NCBI GenBank assembly: GCA_050916045.1
Contig: CP051526.1
Location: 2,048,001-2,112,000 of the forward strand
Direction: 5' to 3'
Source of the DNA: Tepidisphaera sp.
Lineage (GTDB): Bacteria; Planctomycetota; Phycisphaerae; Phycisphaerales; UBA1924
Length of the DNA stretch: 64,000 nt
The notes beneath the pieces were generated by a model. The model worked only from the letters and a program-made list of their open reading frames with translations, was not told where the DNA came from and made no database searches. Of the stretch, positions 41,068 to 52,056 are shown in pieces. The translations under genes and the position numbers were made by a program. Position 1 is the stretch's first letter; every line of letters begins with the position of its first letter.

Positions 41068-41619
41068 ATGGCGACGACGATCAAGAACACGATGGAGAAC
41101 AAGGCTCAGGACGCTTCCGGCCCCGCTCAGAAGGTGCTTTCCTTCGGGCTTGGCAAGGAGGAGTACGGTCTGGACATTCTGGCGGTGCGTGAGATCATCG
41201 GGCTGATCGACATCACGCCGCTCCCGCGCACGCCCTCGTACGTGAAGGGTGTGATCAACCTCCGCGGCAAGATCATCCCGGTGATCGAGCTCCGCTCGCG
41301 GTTCGGGATGCAGTCCGTCTCGTACACGGAAGAGACCTGCATCATCGTGGTGGATGTTCCCGCCGAGGGCGAGGGCGAATCGCGTCTGATGGGCGTCGTC
41401 GTCGACACGGTCCGCGAAGTGCTCGACATCCCGGTCTCCGCCATCGAGCCCCCGCCGCGGTTCGGCTGCAGCATCCCGCTGGACTACATCACCGGCATCG
41501 GCAAGGTGAAGAACAAGGTCGTCGTCATGCTCGACACGACGAAGGTGATGAACCCCGCCGAAGCGACGGCTTTGAACACGGCGATGTCCGAGAACGCCCC
41601 GGTCGCCAAAGCCGCCTGA
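41068..41619 (+). CDS. cheW: Chemotaxis coupling protein CheW
   Basis: EEYGLDIL.VREII, GVINLRGKIIPV and GVVVD.V.EV. Confidence 0.95.
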   Translation: MATTIKNTMENKAQDASGPAQKVLSFGLGKEEYGLDILAVREIIGLIDITPLPRTPSYVKGVINLRGKIIPVIELRSRFGMQSVSYTEETCIIVVDVPAEGEGESRLMGVVVDTVREVLDIPVSAIEPPPRFGCSIPLDYITGIGKVKNKVVVMLDTTKVMNPAEATALNTAMSENAPVAKAA

Positions 41620-41642
41620 TCATCCACGCCCTGATCCGTGAC

Positions 41643-41687
41643 GCGAGCGGCCTCCCAGTTTCAAGGGAGGCCGCTCGCTTTTGTTTT
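41643..41687 (+). terminator. Intrinsic terminator after cheW
   Basis: gcgagcggcctccc-N8-gggaggccgctcgc perfect 14-bp stem followed by ttttgtttt. Confidence 0.9.
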
Positions 41688-41849
41688 GCGGTTCGCTCTG
41701 TGCGGCCCGGCGCTTCTCGAAAGCCCACTTGCGTGCCACTACGCATCCAGAAGCGGGGTTTGCGCACCGATGTACTGTGGCCGTCCTTTGGCGCGAGGCG
41801 CTGTTCACCGCGCCAGGACGAACTTTCGACCCTTCAGGAGACATGATCT

Positions 41850-44348
41850 TTGACCTTCACACTGACGTTGTATCTGTTCGCTGGTCTCGCCGCGGCCTCC
41901 TCGGCCGTCGTTGCTCCCATGGAGCAAGCTCAACCGGGCACGACGCCCGAGGCTGCCGTCACGACCCCCGCGGCCGCACCGACCCAGGCACCCGCGGCGG
42001 CCCCGACTCGCCAACCTGAGCAACCCGGCCAGGCTCCGGCCGCGAGCGCGGCCGACTCTTCCACACTGACGTCAGACGGCAAGTACAAGGCCCCCGACCT
42101 CAGCATCCAGCAGCGGGCCCCGTTCGGTCCCTCCGCCGGACGGGCGGACTCCACGCCCCAGGTCGCCGCGATCGTGGACGCGAGCCCCCTGACGACGGGT
42201 CTCTTCAGCGCGGGAGCGGGACTCGCGTTGCTTCTGACGGGCAGCTTGGCGTTCGGGCTTTCGCGCACGACGCGCGCCGACGGATCCGCCGCCCGTGCGC
42301 TCACGCTCGGCACCAAGCTCTCCCTCGGCTTCGGCACGCTGGTGACCGGCACCCTCGCGGTGTCCGCTCTCAACTCCCGCGCGTTGATGCTTGTCAGCAC
42401 GGACATCAGCAAAGCCAATCGATACTCCGACGAGAGCCAGTTGGTCGCAGAGCTCGAAGCCGACGCTCTCGAGAGCACGCTTCATGTGACGGACTTCTAC
42501 GTGTCAGGCTCCAATGAGACTCTCGCCAAGTACTCCGACGCGATGGCTTCCTTCGCGCAGAAGTACAAGGTCGTCGCTGCGGCCCTCGACGATCCTCAGC
42601 AGGCAAGCCAGCTCGCGCAGATCGGGCGTGACCTGGACAACTACCACGCGACATTCTTGGAAGTCGTCTCCCTCGCCGACAAGCGTGAGGCCCTCATTGA
42701 CGACCAGATGGGCCCGGCGGTGGCCCGTGTCAACGAGCTCCTCGAGGAATTGGCTCGGACCGCCGCTCTCGATGGCGATCTCTCGCTCGCCAACACAGTC
42801 CGCGAGCTCAACCTCGACATTCAGGGCGCCCGTGTGGCATTCTTCAAGTTCCTTCGATCCGCCGATCCCCGGATGTCGGAAGAAGCGGTCGCCCTCGCAC
42901 GCGAGGCGATGGGCGATCTCGATCGCATCGTGAGCGACGTGCAGCACCCGCGTCGCCAGGCGTGGCTCAAGGAAGCGACCGAAGCGACCAGCTTCTGGAT
43001 GAGCAGGCTTGAAGAAGCCCAGACGCTTCAGCAGCGCCGGAACGAGCTTGTGAAAGGACAGCTCGCCGGCCTCGCCGCGACCATCGCCGAGGATGCCCAC
43101 AAACTCGTAATCGCGATCGACGAGGCGAAGGACGCCGCGCTTGCAAGTACCGCAAGCACAGCGGCTCGCAACGAGGTCCTCTCGACCGTGATCGCGAGCG
43201 TGCTTTCTCTGCTCGGCGCGGTGATCGCACTGGGAATCGCCCGGAGCATCATCCGTCCCGTCTCAGGGATGATCGCCCGCATCTCGGAGATCCGGGCCTC
43301 CAACGACCTCACCCGCCAGGTGGATGTCGCTTCGCGTGACGAGATCGGTCGCTTGGGCGAAGCGTTCAACGGCATGGTTCAGACGCTGCACAACATCATC
43401 GCCGAGGTCAAGTCGGGCGCGGTCCAGATCGACGCCGGCGGCACGCAGATCGCTTCCGCCAGCCAGAGCATGGCGCAGGGCGCGAGCGAGCAGGCCTCCA
43501 GCCTCCAGCAGATCAGCGCCTCGCTCGAAGAGATCTCCGGCCAGACCCAGCAGGCCGCCGAGAACGCCCGCCAGGCCAACGCCCTCGCTCAGGAGAGCAA
43601 GAAGTCCGCGGATCGCGGGCAGCAGGAAATGTCACAGATGAACGAGGCGGTCAACGCCATCAAGCAGAGCAGCGGCGAGATCTCCAAGATCATCAAGGTC
43701 ATCGACGAGATCGCTTTCCAGACCAACCTCCTCGCTCTCAACGCTGCCGTCGAAGCCGCGCGTGCTGGTGAAGCCGGCAAGGGCTTCGCCGTCGTCGCCG
43801 AGGAAGTCCGCAACCTCGCTCATCGTTCGGCCGAAGCCGCGAAGAGCACGTCGTCGATGATCGAGGAGTCGGTCAAGCGCTCCGAGACCGGCGTGCAGAT
43901 CGCCGGCCGCGTGGGTCAGTCCCTCGAGGCCATCACGGTCAGCACCAACAAGGTCAGCGCCCTCCTCGCCGAGATCGCTTCCGCCGCCAGCGAACAGGCG
44001 ACCGGCGTCGGCCAGATCAACCAGGGGGTGAGCCAGCTCGATCAGGTCACGCAGCAGAACGCCGGCAACAGCGAGGAGCTCGCGTCGTCGGCGGAGGAAC
44101 TCTCCTCGCAGGTTGCCAGCCTCAACGAGCTCGTCGAGCGGTTCCGCGTCGGCGACAACGGCATGCGAACCACCACGGTCAAAGCTAAGCCCGCGGCGCC
44201 GGCCGTGAACGCCCACGCCGCGTCCCGCCATGCCACGCCAGCCGCCAAGCCCAGATCGGTCTCCGCGGGCAAGACGGCGGACAGGAAGGCCCACGCCGCG
44301 GAGAAGGTGATCCCGATGGGGGATGAGGAGTCACTCGCTTCGTTCTGA
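41850..44348 (+). CDS. Methyl-accepting chemotaxis protein 1 (extra N-terminal extension, large helical sensor domain)
   Basis: TTG start 9 nt after aggag. HAMP (DEIGRL..AFN.M), signalling tip [37 protein letters not shown], tail ESLASF. Confidence 0.93.
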   Translation: MTFTLTLYLFAGLAAASSAVVAPMEQAQPGTTPEAAVTTPAAAPTQAPAAAPTRQPEQPGQAPAASAADSSTLTSDGKYKAPDLSIQQRAPFGPSAGRADSTPQVAAIVDASPLTTGLFSAGAGLALLLTGSLAFGLSRTTRADGSAARALTLGTKLSLGFGTLVTGTLAVSALNSRALMLVSTDISKANRYSDESQLVAELEADALESTLHVTDFYVSGSNETLAKYSDAMASFAQKYKVVAAALDDPQQASQLAQIGRDLDNYHATFLEVVSLADKREALIDDQMGPAVARVNELLEELARTAALDGDLSLANTVRELNLDIQGARVAFFKFLRSADPRMSEEAVALAREAMGDLDRIVSDVQHPRRQAWLKEATEATSFWMSRLEEAQTLQQRRNELVKGQLAGLAATIAEDAHKLVIAIDEAKDAALASTASTAARNEVLSTVIASVLSLLGAVIALGIARSIIRPVSGMIARISEIRASNDLTRQVDVASRDEIGRLGEAFNGMVQTLHNIIAEVKSGAVQIDAGGTQIASASQSMAQGASEQASSLQQISASLEEISGQTQQAAENARQANALAQESKKSADRGQQEMSQMNEAVNAIKQSSGEISKIIKVIDEIAFQTNLLALNAAVEAARAGEAGKGFAVVAEEVRNLAHRSAEAAKSTSSMIEESVKRSETGVQIAGRVGQSLEAITVSTNKVSALLAEIASAASEQATGVGQINQGVSQLDQVTQQNAGNSEELASSAEELSSQVASLNELVERFRVGDNGMRTTTVKAKPAAPAVNAHAASRHATPAAKPRSVSAGKTADRKAHAAEKVIPMGDEESLASF
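43650..44092 (+). repeat. 443-bp tract repeated at 49298-49740 (MCP1 / MCP4 signalling domain)
   Basis: Same sequence by eye, including synonymous positions, at constant offset 5648. Confidence 0.85.
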
Positions 44349-44357
44349 TCCATGACG

Positions 44358-44400
44358 CTCACAGACCCGCGGGCTGACGCTCACGGGTCTGCTTGTTCGA
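44358..44400 (+). repeat. Conserved intergenic hairpin, copy 1 (after MCP1)
   Basis: ctca-CAGACCCGcGGGC-tgac-GCTCaCGGGTCTG-cttgttcga. Confidence 0.8.
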
Positions 44401-44476
44401 CACCACCGGGGACCACTTTCACGCACGCCAGCCGACCGTCGAACAGCTCGCTGCACTTTCGAGGAACCAGTCCGAC

Positions 44477-46195
44477 ATGCCGAATCTCACGATTAAACTG
44501 AAGCTCGCCACCCTTGTCGTCACCACGGTCGGTGCCTTTGCGACTTTCGCGTATCTGACGCAGAAGACGCTGGGAGAGATCAAGGTCACCGGTCCCGTGT
44601 ACAACGAGATCATCACCGGCAAGGACCTGATCGCGGACATCCTCCCGCCCCCGGCGTACATCCTCGAGAGCTATCTCACGACGATGAAGATCACCTCGAC
44701 CGCCAACGCGACGGAACGCGACGAGCTCATCACCAGGCTCTTCACGCTGAAGAAGGAGTTCGAGGATCGCCAGGCATACTGGAAGGAGTCGCTTCCCGCC
44801 GGTGCGATGCGAGAGCTCCTGACCGTGCAGGCCGCCGATCCCGCCCGCGAGTTCTACAAAGCCGTCGACGAGAAGCTGCTCCCGCTTCTGGCCGCGGGCA
44901 AGCGCGAGGAAGCGACCGACCTTGTCCTCCGAGGCGAGGTCCGGGCCGCGTATGACAAGCACCGCGCCGCGATCGACCAGCTGGTCGAGCGAGCGACGAC
45001 CTACGCGAAGGAGACCGAGCTCGCGGCCAGCGGCCGTCTCCGGGCCGGCTGGCTGATGATGGCGGGCACCGCCATCGGCTCGGTCACCCTCCTGCTCGGC
45101 ATCACCGCGATCATCGCCCGCAGCGTCACCAAGCCGCTGAACGTGCTCAAGACGCGCTTCAGCGACATCGCTCGCGGCGAGGGCGACCTGACCAAACGCG
45201 TCATCGTCACGAGCAAAGATGAGTTGGGCGAGGTCGCCCAGTCCTTCAACGAGTTCGTCGAGAAGATCGAGCGCGTCGTTAGTGACGTCAAGTCCGGTGC
45301 GGTGCAGATCGACGCCGGCGGCTCCCAGATCGCCTCCGCAAGCCAGAACATGGCTCAGGGCGCGAGCGAGCAGGCCAGCAATCTCGAAGAGATCAGCGCT
45401 TCACTGGAACAGATCTCCGGCCAGACGCAGCAAGCCGCGGAGAACGCCCGCCAGGCCAACGCCCTCGCCCAGGAAAGCAAGCAGACGGCCGATCGCGGAC
45501 GGCGCGAGATGGCCGAAATGAACGACGCCGTCAACGCCATCAAGCAGAGCAGCGGCGAGATCTCCAAGATCATCAAGGTCATCGACGAGATCGCCTTCCA
45601 GACGAACCTGCTGGCTCTCAACGCCGCCGTCGAAGCGGCGCGTGCGGGCGAAGCCGGCAAGGGCTTCGCCGTCGTCGCCGAAGAAGTCCGCAACCTCGCC
45701 CAGCGGTCCGCCGAAGCCGCGAAGAGCACGTCCGCCATGATCGAAGAGTCCGTCCGACGCTCGGAGAACGGCGTCCAGATCGCGGCCCGCGTCGGCCAGT
45801 CTCTCGAGCAGATCACCGCGAGCACCAACAAAGTCAGCGCCCTGGTTCAAGAGATCGCCGCCGCGGCCGGCGAGCAGGCCACGGGCATCGGCCAGATCAA
45901 CCAGGGCGTGACCCAGCTCGACCAGGTCACCCAGCAGAACGCCGGCAACAGCGAGGAACTCGCGTCGTCGGCCGAGGAGCTCTCCTCGCAGGTCGCGAGC
46001 CTCAACGAGCTGGTCGAGCAGTTCAAGGTTGGCGACTCCCTGACCACGGGCACCGCCAAGGCCAAGCCGTCACGCACGCCAGTCGCCTCCTCCAAGCAGA
46101 CTCCGCGTCGGCCTGGCAAAGCCCCCGAGAAGGCGTCTCAGGTCGCCGAGAAAGTGATCCCCATGAGCGACGACGACTCGCTGGCTTCGTTCTGA
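44477..46195 (+). CDS. Methyl-accepting chemotaxis protein 2
   Basis: TM, sensor ([20 protein letters not shown]), TM, HAMP ([12 protein letters not shown]), signalling domain, tail DSLASF. Confidence 0.94.
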   Translation: MPNLTIKLKLATLVVTTVGAFATFAYLTQKTLGEIKVTGPVYNEIITGKDLIADILPPPAYILESYLTTMKITSTANATERDELITRLFTLKKEFEDRQAYWKESLPAGAMRELLTVQAADPAREFYKAVDEKLLPLLAAGKREEATDLVLRGEVRAAYDKHRAAIDQLVERATTYAKETELAASGRLRAGWLMMAGTAIGSVTLLLGITAIIARSVTKPLNVLKTRFSDIARGEGDLTKRVIVTSKDELGEVAQSFNEFVEKIERVVSDVKSGAVQIDAGGSQIASASQNMAQGASEQASNLEEISASLEQISGQTQQAAENARQANALAQESKQTADRGRREMAEMNDAVNAIKQSSGEISKIIKVIDEIAFQTNLLALNAAVEAARAGEAGKGFAVVAEEVRNLAQRSAEAAKSTSAMIEESVRRSENGVQIAARVGQSLEQITASTNKVSALVQEIAAAAGEQATGIGQINQGVTQLDQVTQQNAGNSEELASSAEELSSQVASLNELVEQFKVGDSLTTGTAKAKPSRTPVASSKQTPRRPGKAPEKASQVAEKVIPMSDDDSLASF

Positions 46196-46204
46196 GCTTG
46201 ATCT

Positions 46205-46247
46205 CTCACAGCCCCGCGGGTTGACGCCCGCGGGACTGCTTGTTCGA
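46205..46247 (+). repeat. Conserved intergenic hairpin, copy 2 (after MCP2)
   Basis: ctca-CAGcCCCGCGGGT-tgac-GCCCGCGGGaCTG-cttgttcga. Confidence 0.8.
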
Positions 46248-46361
46248 TTCACAAGGGGCATTCGCGCCGGGCGAAGGTTCCATCAGGAGTACAGATCGCG
46301 GAGGCCCGCAACGTCCTTGTCGGATGTCAAGCCAAGTCCGCCAATCCGGGGAGTCATTTTA

Positions 46362-48041
46362 ATGGTCAGATCGATTCGGACGAAGTTCATTGGGCTTTCG
46401 CTCGTCGGTGTTACGCTGGTCGTGGGCGTCGGCGCGGTGGGTCTCTACTCGCTTTCGCAGTCCAACGCAGCCCTTCAAGAGATCGAGGTCAGCGCGGTCG
46501 TCATCCAGAACCACATGGAGTGCGACATGATGCACGATGCGCTGCGCTCAGACGTGCTCGCGTCGCTTCTGGCCACCACGCCGGAGGAGCACGAGGCCGC
46601 CTCGTCGGACTGCAAAGAGCACGCGGTCACGTTCATCAACTCGCTTCGGGCCAACGAGGATCTCTCGCTCAACTCTGAGATCAGCACCGCGATCGCACAG
46701 ATCCGGCCGAAGCTTGATGAGTACGTCCAGATGGCGACCTCCATGGTCGAGACCGCTCGCGCCGACCGCGACGCGGCGATGGCTCGCCTCCCCGAGTTCC
46801 GCACCTCGTTCCTCGCGCTCGAGACGGGCATGGGGGATCTGAGCGAGCTGATCGAGGGACACGTCAAGTCCTCATCCACGCACGCGCAGACGTCCTCGCA
46901 GCAGGTCGCCGCGCTCACGTGGACCGCGCTGTTGACAGGCGCCGCCCTCTGCCTGGGCTTGTCGATCCTGCTTTCGCGCAGCGTACTGAGGCCGATTCTG
47001 ACGATACGTCGGGAGATCGGGGAGATTCAGCGGACGCGGGATCTCACGCGACGCGTCGAGGTCGGCTCCAAGGACGAGCTCGGCTACCTCGCCGTCTCCT
47101 TCAACGAGATGGTCACCACACTCCACGACATCATCGGCGAGGTCAAGTCCGGCACCGCCCTCATCGACGCCGGCGGAAGCCAGGTCGCCCAGGCCAGCCA
47201 GTCCATGGCCCAGAACGCCAGCGATCAGGCAGGAAGCCTCCAGCAGATCTCCGCTTCCCTCGAGACCATCTCCGCCCAGACCAAGCAGAGCGTCGCAAGC
47301 ACCAACGAAGCCGACCGACTCTCCCAGGAGAGCAAGAAGTCCGCGGACCGCGGCTGCCAGGAAATGCGTCAGATGAACCAGGCCGTCATGGCCATCAAGG
47401 AAAGCAGCGGCGAGATCTCCAAGATCATCAAGGTCATCGACGAGATCGCCTTCCAGACCAACCTCCTCGCCCTCAACGCCGCCGTCGAAGCCGCCCGCGC
47501 CGGTGAAGCCGGCAAGGGCTTCGCCGTCGTCGCCGAGGAAGTCCGCAACCTCGCCCAACGCTCCGCCGAAGCCGCCAAGAACACCGCCTCCATGATCGAA
47601 GAGTCGGTCCGGCGTTCCGACAACGGTGTCCAGATCGCCGGACGCGTCGGTCAGGCTCTCGAAGAGATCGCCGGCAGCACCCACAAGGTCAAGACGCTCC
47701 TCTCCGAGGTCGCTTCCACCGCCGGAAGCCAGGCCGAGGGCATCGGCTCCATCACCTCGGTCCTCACGCAGCTCGACCACGTCGTCCAGCAGACCGCCGG
47801 CAACAGCGAAGAGCTCGCGTCTTCCGCTGAGGAAGTCTCCTCCCAGGTCATCAGCCTCAACCAGCTCGTCGATCAGTTCACCGTCGGTAAACACACGACT
47901 CTTACCAAACCCGCTAGGTTCGCGGCGGGAAGACAGCCCCGAGCGAGCAAGCCCGCTGCTCAACACCCCAAAGCCGCGGCCGGCTCCAAGGCACCCACAA
48001 AGGCAGAGAAGATCGAGTCCGAGTCTCTCGCGACGTTCTGA
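46362..48041 (+). CDS. Methyl-accepting chemotaxis protein 3
   Basis: TM, four-helix-type sensor ([15 protein letters not shown]), TM, HAMP, signalling domain, tail ESLATF. Confidence 0.94.
   Translation: MVRSIRTKFIGLSLVGVTLVVGVGAVGLYSLSQSNAALQEIEVSAVVIQNHMECDMMHDALRSDVLASLLATTPEEHEAASSDCKEHAVTFINSLRANEDLSLNSEISTAIAQIRPKLDEYVQMATSMVETARADRDAAMARLPEFRTSFLALETGMGDLSELIEGHVKSSSTHAQTSSQQVAALTWTALLTGAALCLGLSILLSRSVLRPILTIRREIGEIQRTRDLTRRVEVGSKDELGYLAVSFNEMVTTLHDIIGEVKSGTALIDAGGSQVAQASQSMAQNASDQAGSLQQISASLETISAQTKQSVASTNEADRLSQESKKSADRGCQEMRQMNQAVMAIKESSGEISKIIKVIDEIAFQTNLLALNAAVEAARAGEAGKGFAVVAEEVRNLAQRSAEAAKNTASMIEESVRRSDNGVQIAGRVGQALEEIAGSTHKVKTLLSEVASTAGSQAEGIGSITSVLTQLDHVVQQTAGNSEELASSAEEVSSQVISLNQLVDQFTVGKHTTLTKPARFAAGRQPRASKPAAQHPKAAAGSKAPTKAEKIESESLATF
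46977..47896 (+). repeat. 920-bp near-identical repeat of 50741-51660 (MCP3 / MCP5 HAMP + signalling domain)
   Basis: Constant offset 3764. One difference noticed (47006 a vs 50770 g). The antisense ORFs in the track over both copies translate identically. Confidence 0.92.
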
Positions 48042-48044
48042 GTT

Positions 48045-48085
48045 CTCAGCGGACGGCGCGGGCGAAAGCCCGCACGCCCGCTTGC
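48045..48085 (+). repeat. Conserved intergenic hairpin, copy 3 (after MCP3, more diverged)
   Basis: ctca-gcggacggcGCGGGC-gaaa-GCCCGCacgcccg-cttg. Confidence 0.6.
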
Positions 48086-48121
48086 CTCGAGTTCATTCAT
48101 CCTCTAATCCGGGAGAAGGTC

Positions 48122-49969
48122 ATGCTTGGAAGACTCGCATCGCTAGGGCTTGGTACACGTGTCACGATGGCATCGCTCGCGGTGCTCGGCGTGGTGGTGG
48201 CGGTCAATGACACCGTCTTTGTAAAGGGATACAGCGTCAGCGCGGAAGACGCGATGATCGAGCGTGCCCGTACATTCACGGAGCTCGCCGATCAGACGAA
48301 GAACCACGTCGCGGAGCTGACCCGGCTCGGCGCCTTCGACCGCACTCAACTCCTCAAGGAGTTCGAGGAGGACAAGAAGGCCGGCAAGCCCTACACGGAA
48401 TCGAAGATCTTCAAGACCATTCCCGTCGTCGCCGGCTGGCTCGCGGCGGCGGAAGCGGCCAAAGCGGAAGGCATCGACTTCCACACGCCGGCGTTCGACG
48501 CTCGCAACAAGAGCAACGAACCGGCGGCGGGCTCGTTCGAGTCGGCGCTGCTCCGTGATCTGGAGAAGCAGGTCCAGACCGACGGCAGCGTCGCGATCCG
48601 TCGGGTTGACGAGTCGACGAACACGCTTCACTTCATGCGAGCCATCACGCTCGACGCCTCGTGCATGAGCTGTCACGGCGATCCGGCGACGAGTCAGACG
48701 AAGGACGGCAAGGACTTCCTCGGTTTCGCGATGGAAAACTGGAAGCCCGGCGACATGCACGGCGCTTTCCACGTCGCTCTCCCGCTCGCGCCGGTGGATC
48801 AGCAGGTCGCAGGCTTCCTGACCGGCAGCCTTCTCTGGACGATTCCGCTCGTCGCGGGCTCGGGCGTGCTGCTGATCTGGGGAACGAGGAAAATGCTCGC
48901 GGGACTGCGATCGCTCGACGCTCGCCTTCGCGATATCGCCCAGGGCGAGGGCGATCTGACCAAGCGCGTTCCCGTCACCGCGAAGGATGAGATCGGCCGA
49001 GTCGCGCAGTCCTTCAATCAGTTCGTTGACAAGATCGAACGACTCGTCTCTGAGGTCAAGTCGGGCGCGGTTCAGATCGACGCGGGCGGAACGCAGATCG
49101 CTTCCGCCAGCCAGTCGATGGCGCAGGGTGCCAGCGAGCAGGCTTCCAGCCTGCAGCAGATTAGTGCTTCGCTCGAAGAGATCTCCGGTCAGACGCAGCA
49201 GTCCGCCGAGAACGCCCGTCAGGCCAACTCCCTCGCCCAGGAAAGCAAGAAGTCAGCGGACCGCGGCCAGCAGGAGATGGCGCAGATGAACGACGCCGTC
49301 AACGCCATCAAGCAGAGCAGCGGCGAGATCTCCAAGATCATCAAGGTCATCGACGAGATCGCTTTCCAGACCAACCTCCTCGCTCTCAACGCTGCCGTCG
49401 AAGCCGCGCGTGCTGGTGAAGCCGGCAAGGGCTTCGCCGTCGTCGCCGAGGAAGTCCGCAACCTCGCTCATCGTTCGGCCGAAGCCGCGAAGAGCACGTC
49501 GTCGATGATCGAGGAGTCGGTCAAGCGCTCCGAGACCGGCGTGCAGATCGCCGGCCGCGTGGGTCAGTCCCTCGAGGCCATCACGGTCAGCACCAACAAG
49601 GTCAGCGCCCTCCTCGCCGAGATCGCTTCCGCCGCCAGCGAACAGGCGACCGGCGTCGGCCAGATCAACCAGGGGGTGAGCCAGCTCGATCAGGTCACGC
49701 AGCAGAACGCCGGCAACAGCGAGGAGCTCGCGTCGTCGGCCGAGGAGCTCTCCTCGCAGGTCGCGAGCCTCAACGACCTCGTCGGCCAGTTCAAGGTCTC
49801 CGGAGCCCCCACCTCCTCTTCACCCAAGAGCAAGGGTGCCGCGCCTTCCCGCACGTCTCAGGGATCGGCCAAGCCCGGCAAGTCTGCGCCGGGCAAAGCG
49901 CCGGCCAAGACATCCGACGCGGATCAGGTCATCCCGATGAACGACGAGCAGGAGCTCGCGTCCTTCTAG
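48122..49969 (+). CDS. Methyl-accepting chemotaxis protein 4 with c-type heme (Tll0287/DUF3365-like) sensor
   Basis: Periplasmic RN..N.P, CMSCHG (CxxCH) and [16 protein letters not shown] and signalling domain, tail QELASF. Confidence 0.93.
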   Translation: MLGRLASLGLGTRVTMASLAVLGVVVAVNDTVFVKGYSVSAEDAMIERARTFTELADQTKNHVAELTRLGAFDRTQLLKEFEEDKKAGKPYTESKIFKTIPVVAGWLAAAEAAKAEGIDFHTPAFDARNKSNEPAAGSFESALLRDLEKQVQTDGSVAIRRVDESTNTLHFMRAITLDASCMSCHGDPATSQTKDGKDFLGFAMENWKPGDMHGAFHVALPLAPVDQQVAGFLTGSLLWTIPLVAGSGVLLIWGTRKMLAGLRSLDARLRDIAQGEGDLTKRVPVTAKDEIGRVAQSFNQFVDKIERLVSEVKSGAVQIDAGGTQIASASQSMAQGASEQASSLQQISASLEEISGQTQQSAENARQANSLAQESKKSADRGQQEMAQMNDAVNAIKQSSGEISKIIKVIDEIAFQTNLLALNAAVEAARAGEAGKGFAVVAEEVRNLAHRSAEAAKSTSSMIEESVKRSETGVQIAGRVGQSLEAITVSTNKVSALLAEIASAASEQATGVGQINQGVSQLDQVTQQNAGNSEELASSAEELSSQVASLNDLVGQFKVSGAPTSSSPKSKGAAPSRTSQGSAKPGKSAPGKAPAKTSDADQVIPMNDEQELASF

Positions 49970-49976
49970 AACCCAT

Positions 49977-50017
49977 CTCACGGAGTCGCGGGTCAACGCC
50001 CGCGCCTCCGCTTGTTG
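49977..50017 (+). repeat. Conserved intergenic hairpin, copy 4 (after MCP4)
   Basis: ctca-CGGAGtCGCGGGT-caac-GCCCGCGcCTCCG-cttgttg. Confidence 0.8.
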
Positions 50018-50098
50018 TTCCGAACCGGGGCCGAGATCACACGAGGGAACCCACGCCGCTGAGGCGGGCACCCTCGATCTCTCGAGAAAGCAGAACAC

Positions 50099-51859
50099 AT
50101 GTCAACGCTCACCATCAAGACGAAACTGGCCATCCTTGTACTCGCCACCACGAGCGCGTTCAGCGTCTACACGTACTTCAGCCAGCGAACGCTGACTCGC
50201 GTGAAGGTGACGGGTCCGGTCTACACCGACATCGTCAAGGGCAAGGACCTCGTGGCCGACATCCTGCCGCCACCGGCGTACATCCTTGAGAGTTACCTGA
50301 CGGCGGTGCAGCTCACTTCCACGAGCGATGCCTCCGAACGCGACTCGCTGATCCGCAAGCTCGATAAGCTCAAGTCGGAGTTCGAAGCCCGCCAGGACCA
50401 CTGGAAGGCCGAGCTCCCCGAAGGAGCCCTCCACGTCCTTCTGACCCAGAAAGCCGCCGACCCGGCCCGTCGCTTCTACACGGCCGTCGAGAAGACCCTG
50501 CTCCCACTCATCGCGGCGGATAAACGCGATGAAGCCACCGCCCTCGTCCTTCGTGGCGACGTGCGTATCGCGTACGAAGAGCACCGTTCGGCGATCGATG
50601 AGCTCGTGACCGAGGCCACCGCGTTCGCTACAGACACCGAGTCCGCCGCACGCAAGGAGGTCGTCGCCGGCACCGCGATGATGCTCGGCACCGCCATCGG
50701 CTCCCTCGCCGTGCTGCTTGTGATCACGGCGGTGATCGCCCGCAGCGTACTGAGGCCGATTCTGACGATGCGTCGGGAGATCGGGGAGATTCAGCGGACG
50801 CGGGATCTCACGCGACGCGTCGAGGTCGGCTCCAAGGACGAGCTCGGCTACCTCGCCGTCTCCTTCAACGAGATGGTCACCACACTCCACGACATCATCG
50901 GCGAGGTCAAGTCCGGCACCGCCCTCATCGACGCCGGCGGAAGCCAGGTCGCCCAGGCCAGCCAGTCCATGGCCCAGAACGCCAGCGATCAGGCAGGAAG
51001 CCTCCAGCAGATCTCCGCTTCCCTCGAGACCATCTCCGCCCAGACCAAGCAGAGCGTCGCAAGCACCAACGAAGCCGACCGACTCTCCCAGGAGAGCAAG
51101 AAGTCCGCGGACCGCGGCTGCCAGGAAATGCGTCAGATGAACCAGGCCGTCATGGCCATCAAGGAAAGCAGCGGCGAGATCTCCAAGATCATCAAGGTCA
51201 TCGACGAGATCGCCTTCCAGACCAACCTCCTCGCCCTCAACGCCGCCGTCGAAGCCGCCCGCGCCGGTGAAGCCGGCAAGGGCTTCGCCGTCGTCGCCGA
51301 GGAAGTCCGCAACCTCGCCCAACGCTCCGCCGAAGCCGCCAAGAACACCGCCTCCATGATCGAAGAGTCGGTCCGGCGTTCCGACAACGGTGTCCAGATC
51401 GCCGGACGCGTCGGTCAGGCTCTCGAAGAGATCGCCGGCAGCACCCACAAGGTCAAGACGCTCCTCTCCGAGGTCGCTTCCACCGCCGGAAGCCAGGCCG
51501 AGGGCATCGGCTCCATCACCTCGGTCCTCACGCAGCTCGACCACGTCGTCCAGCAGACCGCCGGCAACAGCGAAGAGCTCGCGTCTTCCGCTGAGGAAGT
51601 CTCCTCCCAGGTCATCAGCCTCAACCAGCTCGTCGATCAGTTCACCGTCGGTAAACACACAGCTCTTACCAAAACCGTCAAGTTCAACACGGGTAGACAG
51701 CCCAGGAACGCCAAAGCGGCCACACCTGCAGGCTTCGTGGCGACGACGCGGCAGGAGCCGAACATCCGAAAGGTGTCACTCCCGAAAGCGGCTTCCGTAC
51801 GCGCTCCCTCTTTGTCCCAAGCAGAGCGTGCCGAGTCCAACACCCTCGCCACCTTCTAG
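50099..51859 (+). CDS. Methyl-accepting chemotaxis protein 5 (MCP2-like sensor + MCP3-like cytoplasmic part)
   Basis: Sensor [20 protein letters not shown] as in MCP2. From RSVLRPIL onward it matches MCP3. Tail NTLATF. Confidence 0.94.
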   Translation: MSTLTIKTKLAILVLATTSAFSVYTYFSQRTLTRVKVTGPVYTDIVKGKDLVADILPPPAYILESYLTAVQLTSTSDASERDSLIRKLDKLKSEFEARQDHWKAELPEGALHVLLTQKAADPARRFYTAVEKTLLPLIAADKRDEATALVLRGDVRIAYEEHRSAIDELVTEATAFATDTESAARKEVVAGTAMMLGTAIGSLAVLLVITAVIARSVLRPILTMRREIGEIQRTRDLTRRVEVGSKDELGYLAVSFNEMVTTLHDIIGEVKSGTALIDAGGSQVAQASQSMAQNASDQAGSLQQISASLETISAQTKQSVASTNEADRLSQESKKSADRGCQEMRQMNQAVMAIKESSGEISKIIKVIDEIAFQTNLLALNAAVEAARAGEAGKGFAVVAEEVRNLAQRSAEAAKNTASMIEESVRRSDNGVQIAGRVGQALEEIAGSTHKVKTLLSEVASTAGSQAEGIGSITSVLTQLDHVVQQTAGNSEELASSAEEVSSQVISLNQLVDQFTVGKHTALTKTVKFNTGRQPRNAKAATPAGFVATTRQEPNIRKVSLPKAASVRAPSLSQAERAESNTLATF

Positions 51860-52056
51860 CCGACCGATACAGACGGCACAGGGCACTTCGAGCGTCCCTC
51901 TTCCGAGAATCGTCAGGAACACACTGAAGCCGACCTCTGACTGTTTCGAAGTACATAGCCCCGAGCCGTACGCCCGGGGTCCGATCGACAAACGTCCAAC
52001 GGCGAACCTTCGGGTTCACATCACCTCACTCAGCATCACACTTCGGGGAACGACCT

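Noticed and set aside
44358..50017. Hairpins after MCP genes as integron attC sites
   Set aside because: No RYYYAAC/GTTRRRY core pair, elements are shorter than typical attC sites, and there is no integron integrase in the window.
46977..51660. Repeat pair as a diversity-generating retroelement template/variable region
   Set aside because: Both copies are coding conserved domains, only one mismatch was noticed, and no reverse transcriptase is present.
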